This document shows, one piece after another, positions 60,701 through 64,000 of a DNA stretch of 64,000 bases; the stretch's first letter is position 1; every line of letters begins with the position of its first letter. Source of the stretch: Podarcis melisellensis (taxonomy: Eukaryota); assembly GCA_964234715.1 (NCBI GenBank), contig OZ174275.1; one strand, 5' to 3'. The notes under the pieces are model-generated. The model searched no databases and was not told the origin of the DNA. It saw only the letters and a program-made list of their open reading frames with translations. A program made the translations under genes and the position numbers.

Positions 60701-63121
60701 AAATCAGTTCTGTACCTACCCTAAGAATTAAGGACCGTAAGAGTTGACACTTGGAAAGTGAACCTCTTGCAGAGGGGATGGCAGGTCACAGTTGCCTCAG
60801 TATGTCTCACTTGTACTATAGAAGGGGATTGTTAACTGAGGTGTGTAGGGGGGTGCAAGTAGTATGTTAGGTACTTAGTATCTCTTCCATGCTGCATAGA
60901 TGAAAGGGGCGGTAGGATCACACCTACTAACTCTGTCCTGACATTGGTGCAACATCTGCTAGATGAGTGTGCAAAGAAAAAAATTAACATATTTTTTGCT
61001 CTATAAGACTCACTTTTTCCCTCCTAAAAAGTAAGGGGAAATGTGTGTGCGTCTTATGGAGCGAATGCAGGCTGCGCAGCTATCCCAGAAGCCAGAACAG
61101 CAAGAGGGATTGCTGCTTTTGCCGCGCAGTGATCCCTCTTGCTATTCTGGCTTCTGAGATTCAGAATAATTTTTTTCTTGTTTTCCTCCTCCAAAAACTA
61201 AGTGCGTCTTGTGGTCTGGTGCGTCTTATAGAGCGAAAAATACGGTAGTTGCATAAAAGCAGCCAGTCACAGAAGCACCAACTGTTTTTCATACAATGGT
61301 TAAGATTTCTTGGAAGCATTTTGGTTTTCCAAATATTACTTCATATCTAGCACTCTGCCACTGCTGAGCTCAGAACAGAAGCCAGCACCAGGTGACAATG
61401 GAGGATGACCCTCAATCCTGAACAAATAGGCCTACTATTCTGCAAGAAGAAACAAACTCATTCTCTATCTTCACCTCCTGTATTCCGTTCTTAATGCAAA
61501 CTGACCTTATCCACACCTCTTGGAATAAATTAAAGATCCAAACATAATACTGTAATCCGTCAGTTTTTATACTGTGAATTTTGCAATGCAGTTCTCCCAA
61601 AAAGTATCTAACTGCCTGATGTGGATCAACAATTTCCTAGCAAAAACTTACACTGTAGTGTGATCTCTAATGCAGGTTTATTGCATGAACAGAACATGGC
61701 AAAAATGCGACTGCTCACCTTTATGGGAATGGCTGTGGAAAACAAGGAAATATCATTTGACACTATGCAGCAGGAACTTCAGGTTGGAGCTGATGATGTT
61801 GAAGCATTTGTTATTGATGGTAAGAGAGGTTATACGATCATACTATATGCAGGCTGATAAGAACTTTACTGGTACTGAAAACCTGTACAACAGTTAATGA
61901 TTTGAAGCAGGCAGTTAGGATGTTACAGTCACCTTTTTGCTTCTTTTGGTAAAGTGCATCATCACTGGGGTGGAAACGGTGCCCATGCTATAATCCAGTA
62001 GCCAGTGTAAAGTCCTGAATTGGGTCATTTTGGGGTAGGGTCCCTTGTAGATTATCCAGACCCAATTTTTTGGTTCTTCGGGTATGCCAGCATGGAGCTG
62101 ACAAGGGGAAGGGGAGCGTATTCCACCCTGGTGCGGATAGCAAACAGGATTGCTTTATTGTTGTAACCACAATTTGAATGCAATAGTTGGCTATGCAGTG
62201 TTTCTTGTACTGTTTTGTGATATATTAAGAAATCCACCTTTTAATTGTTGCTCTTTGTTAAATTGCATGTGATTTCCAGTGAGAACCTCCTTGTAGAAAG
62301 TGCACATTGTACTCTCTTACATATAAAGCACTATGCAAGGCTTTGTGAAATGCTTCCCCGTAACCCTTTTTTCTGCATGCCATGGTATAATGACAAAAAT
62401 TGAACACCCGTTGAAAGGACATCCCTGCATTCACTTCAGTTCCAGGGGATTACTGAAGCTCTTATCAGTCAGGGTTTCAACACATGTTAAAAGAAATTCA
62501 TCATAATTTATTTATTCTTTGCAGCTGTAAAGACAAAGATGGTGCATTGCAAAATTGATCAAACACAGAGAAAAGTAGTGGTCAGGTGAGTCTTAAATCT
62601 TTTTGTGAAGCAACTTAGTGCAGTGCTAATTATAGCACTTAAACATCTGTTTAATATTTTTACTAGACGCAAGATATTNNNNNNNNNNNNNNNNNNNNNN
62701 NNNNNNNNNNNNNNNNNNNNNNNNNNNNNNNNNNNNNNNNNNNNNNNNNNNNNNNNNNNNNNNNNNNNNNNNNNNNNNNNNNNNNNNNNNNNNNNNNNNN
62801 NNNNNNNNNNAAGAATACTAATGAGATTTGTCTGAGGTTTTTAAGTACTGATGAAGGCTGCAGAATACCAGACTAGCTGGTCTATAAAGTCTTGTTTTCA
62901 CATCTTATGTTCTACTTTTTTCTGAATACATATGTACCGAAAATATGGTGCTTTTTTTGAAAGCAGAACTTTGATGCAATTCCTTTTACATTTGTTTTAG
63001 TCACAGCACACATCGAACCTTTGGAAAACAGCAGTGGCAGCAGCTGTATGATACACTTAACTTCTGGAAACTAAATTTGAATCAAGTGAAAAACAGTCTC
63101 CTTAGTTTGTCGGATACCTGA
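42313..63121 (+). CDS. EIF3M: Eukaryotic translation initiation factor 3 subunit M, complete spliced CDS (11 exons, 374 aa)
   Basis: Exons of 42+133+139+124+95+84+100+82+144+61+121 = 1125 nt join in frame via GT-AG introns. Protein runs [39 protein letters not shown]...[38 protein letters not shown], recognisable as vertebrate eIF3m (PCI protein). Confidence 0.98.
42859..42948. mobile_element. hAT-type MITE, short 90-bp member of the CATAGCTGTCAAC family (EIF3M intron 1)
   Basis: Same TIRs; TSD tgaataac/tgtataac. Confidence 0.88.
42956..43195. mobile_element. hAT-type MITE (CAGGGGTCAGCAA TIRs)
   Basis: Perfect 13-bp TIRs; TSD (g/c)tgtataa. Confidence 0.85.
43519..43651 (+). CDS. EIF3M: EIF3M exon 2
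   Basis: ttcaaaag|GCT; [12 protein letters not shown]...VCLRDDDK; donor g|gttggt. Confidence 0.96.
44503..44641 (+). CDS. EIF3M: EIF3M exon 3
   Basis: aatatag|AT; (D)[45 protein letters not shown]; donor |gtaagt. Confidence 0.97.
44913..45188 (-). mobile_element. Rex1/Babar-clade LINE 3' end with (TCTA)n tail
   Basis: Minus strand [24 protein letters not shown] motif, then aatgacaataaag and (AGAT)n on the + strand. Confidence 0.82.
46439..46574. mobile_element. Palindromic hAT-type MITE
   Basis: cagtgtttctcaaac/gtttgagaaacactg, near-complete hairpin, perfect TSD gcatatac. Confidence 0.92.
46786..46909 (+). CDS. EIF3M: EIF3M exon 4
   Basis: ttccttag|A; [41 protein letters not shown]; donor |gtaagc. 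Confidence 0.97.
47340..47434 (+). CDS. EIF3M: EIF3M exon 5
   Basis: ttttatag|G; [31 protein letters not shown]; donor |gtaact. Confidence 0.97.
49359..49705 (+). mobile_element. Sauria SINE, full length (EIF3M intron 5)
   Basis: Canonical head and tail; TSD taactactgcatgta. Confidence 0.93.
50148..50231 (+). CDS. EIF3M: EIF3M exon 6
   Basis: cccacag|T; [27 protein letters not shown]; donor |gtaatg. Confidence 0.97.
50475..50685. mobile_element. Tc1/mariner-type MITE
   Basis: ta|cagtcatacc...gatacgactg|ta. Confidence 0.82.
52207..52306 (+). CDS. EIF3M: EIF3M exon 7
   Basis: aaatag|G; [33 protein letters not shown]; donor |gtaagt. Confidence 0.97.
53022..53516. mobile_element. TcMar (Tc2/pogo-like) MITE with CCGTATTTTTCGCTCTATAAGA TIRs
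   Basis: Perfect 22-bp TIRs, TA TSD, internal palindromes. Confidence 0.9.
54567..54648 (+). CDS. EIF3M: EIF3M exon 8
   Basis: tttgtag|C; [27 protein letters not shown]; ends in phase 1, donor g|gtaagt. Confidence 0.97.
54889..57355. mobile_element. hAT-type MITE (CATAGCTGTCAAC TIRs) split by the L1 insertion
   Basis: TIRs at 54889 and ending at 57355; 8-bp TSD tgctatcc/cgctatcc; body nearly identical to the intact copy at 11289-11453. Confidence 0.92.
55035..57333 (+). mobile_element. Young 5'-truncated L1-clade LINE (RT C-terminal part, CCHC zinc knuckle, 3'UTR, poly(A))
   Basis: Uninterrupted frame to stop at 56988 with [27 protein letters not shown] and CWKC..HLWWTC. AATAAA at 57301, poly(A) 57316-57333. 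TSD aaaaagggggaaggttg at 55018-55034, repeated ending at 57346 with one extra G. Confidence 0.95.
57910..58133. mobile_element. Tc1/mariner-type MITE
   Basis: ta|cagtcatacctc...gaggtcccactg|ta. Confidence 0.82.
60987..61245. mobile_element. Shorter member of the 53022-53516 TcMar MITE family
   Basis: Same TIRs and subterminal sequence, TA TSD. Confidence 0.88.
61676..61819 (+). CDS. EIF3M: EIF3M exon 9
   Basis: taatgcag|GT; (G)[47 protein letters not shown]; donor |gtaaga. Confidence 0.96.
62525..62585 (+). CDS. EIF3M: EIF3M exon 10
   Basis: tttgcag|CT; (A)[19 protein letters not shown]; donor |gtgagt. Confidence 0.97.
62679..62810. other. Assembly gap (132 N) in EIF3M intron 10
   Basis: Run of N. 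Confidence 1.
63001..63121 (+). CDS. EIF3M: EIF3M exon 11 coding part, stop TGA 63119-63121
   Basis: gttttag|T; [39 protein letters not shown]. Confidence 0.97.
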
Positions 63122-63261
63122 TTATTTGATGTAATATTTAGTTTGTATTGGATGGAAACTCAGCTATATTAAACCATTCAACTTAATTTTGTGAACTTTT
63201 TATTGAAAATATCTAATTGGCTGAAATACATAAAATAACTTGAACTACAGGCTGATAAAGC

Positions 63262-63267
63262 AATAAA
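63262..63267 (+). terminator. Likely EIF3M polyadenylation signal AATAAA
   Basis: First canonical AATAAA ~140 nt after the stop codon, followed by a GT/T-rich tract (ctgttcccctgttctgtttt). Confidence 0.7.
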
Positions 63268-63534
63268 CTTTAAACCAGAATGAATCCTGTTCCCCTGTTC
63301 TGTTTTATAATCATAAGATCTTATATTCTGGCATAAAGAAGTAGGACAGTCATATGATATTTATAAATGTGGTGTTTTCTGACCTTTAATTGGTAACTTT
63401 CAAATGAAATAGCTATTCTAAAGTATTCTTTTTAAAAAAACTAAGGTGGACAAACCTGCAGAAATGAAAGCAGTTTTCTTAATACATGACATTTGCTCAT
63501 ATATGTCACCAAAGACTTTATCAAAACAATTACA

Positions 63535-63783
63535 TTATGCTTCTGCTTTATCTGCTGTTAATGTTTTTTCTGTAGCTTCCTCATGCTTTCTCTTTCTTGG
63601 GTGGCCAAAACTTTTTAAATGCAGAAACCTTTCAATATTGTCAATTCGTGTTTTTATGAAGACATTTTGTGATTTCCAGTCTTTTTCTTCAGTGTTCTGT
63701 GAGCTCTGCTTTAAAATAGCTGCACTGACTTCTGAGAGTGGTTGAGAAGTCTTCTGTTGTCCTAATGGGCACTCTGTTGTGAC
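63535..63783 (-). CDS. CCDC73: CCDC73 (coiled-coil domain containing 73) last coding exon; rest of gene lies beyond the window
   Basis: Minus-strand acceptor ttttag|, then 83 codons VTTECPLGQQ...DWKSQNVFIKTRIDNIERFLHLKSFGHPRKRKHEEATEKTLTADKAEA*. PRKRKHEE resembles the PKKRKAEE C-terminus I recall for mammalian CCDC73, and CCDC73 is the known convergent neighbour of EIF3M. No ATG in the exon, so the ORF track misses it. Confidence 0.75.
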   Translation of the reverse strand, partial: VTTECPLGQQKTSQPLSEVSAAILKQSSQNTEEKDWKSQNVFIKTRIDNIERFLHLKSFGHPRKRKHEEATEKTLTADKAEA

Positions 63784-64000
63784 CTAAAATCCACACATAA
63801 GACATTAAAGATTTCGTTTTCTCATGGCTGATCAACACTCCACTAGACACTCTTCTAGACATTATATGGCATATACATTGGATGTTTATGCACTGATTTC
63901 TGCTGTTTACGTATTGGAGATATAATGAATTGGCATCTGTGGGTATTTTTGTACTGCCCTTCAATCATATTCCCAGTGCATTTTTAAAGAATCATTTTTT

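Noticed and set aside
54649-61675. Intron 8 as a U12-type intron explaining the weak acceptor
   Set aside because: Donor is gtaagt rather than gtatcctt, and no TCCTTAAC branch site is present.

Overview
Vertebrate genomic DNA from a squamate, most likely a lacertid lizard, judged from Sauria SINEs, lizard-type L1/L2/Rex1 LINEs and abundant hAT and Tc1/mariner MITEs. The right third holds a complete 11-exon EIF3M gene on the + strand (CDS 42313-63121, 1125 nt, 374 aa, all introns GT-AG) behind a CpG-island promoter. It is followed tail-to-tail by the last coding exon of CCDC73 on the - strand. This matches the amniote WT1-EIF3M-CCDC73 order, so the gene-free left ~42 kb is probably the WT1-EIF3M intergenic region; it contains transposon remnants and several enhancer-like unique blocks. 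The most notable observation is in EIF3M intron 8. A very young, 5'-truncated, sense-oriented L1 with an uninterrupted ~650-codon ORF2 has inserted into a hAT MITE. The MITE supplies a candidate 3' splice site that would join EIF3M exon 8 in frame to the L1 RT ORF, followed by the L1 poly(A) signal. This is a potential eIF3m-L1 chimeric last exon, inferred from sequence and not shown to be expressed. Also notable are a perfect 42-bp-arm inverted repeat at 35035-35140, multi-level nested TE stacks, and possibly overlapping EIF3M/CCDC73 3' UTRs. There is one assembly gap (62679-62810). TE family names come from motif recognition, not database searches.
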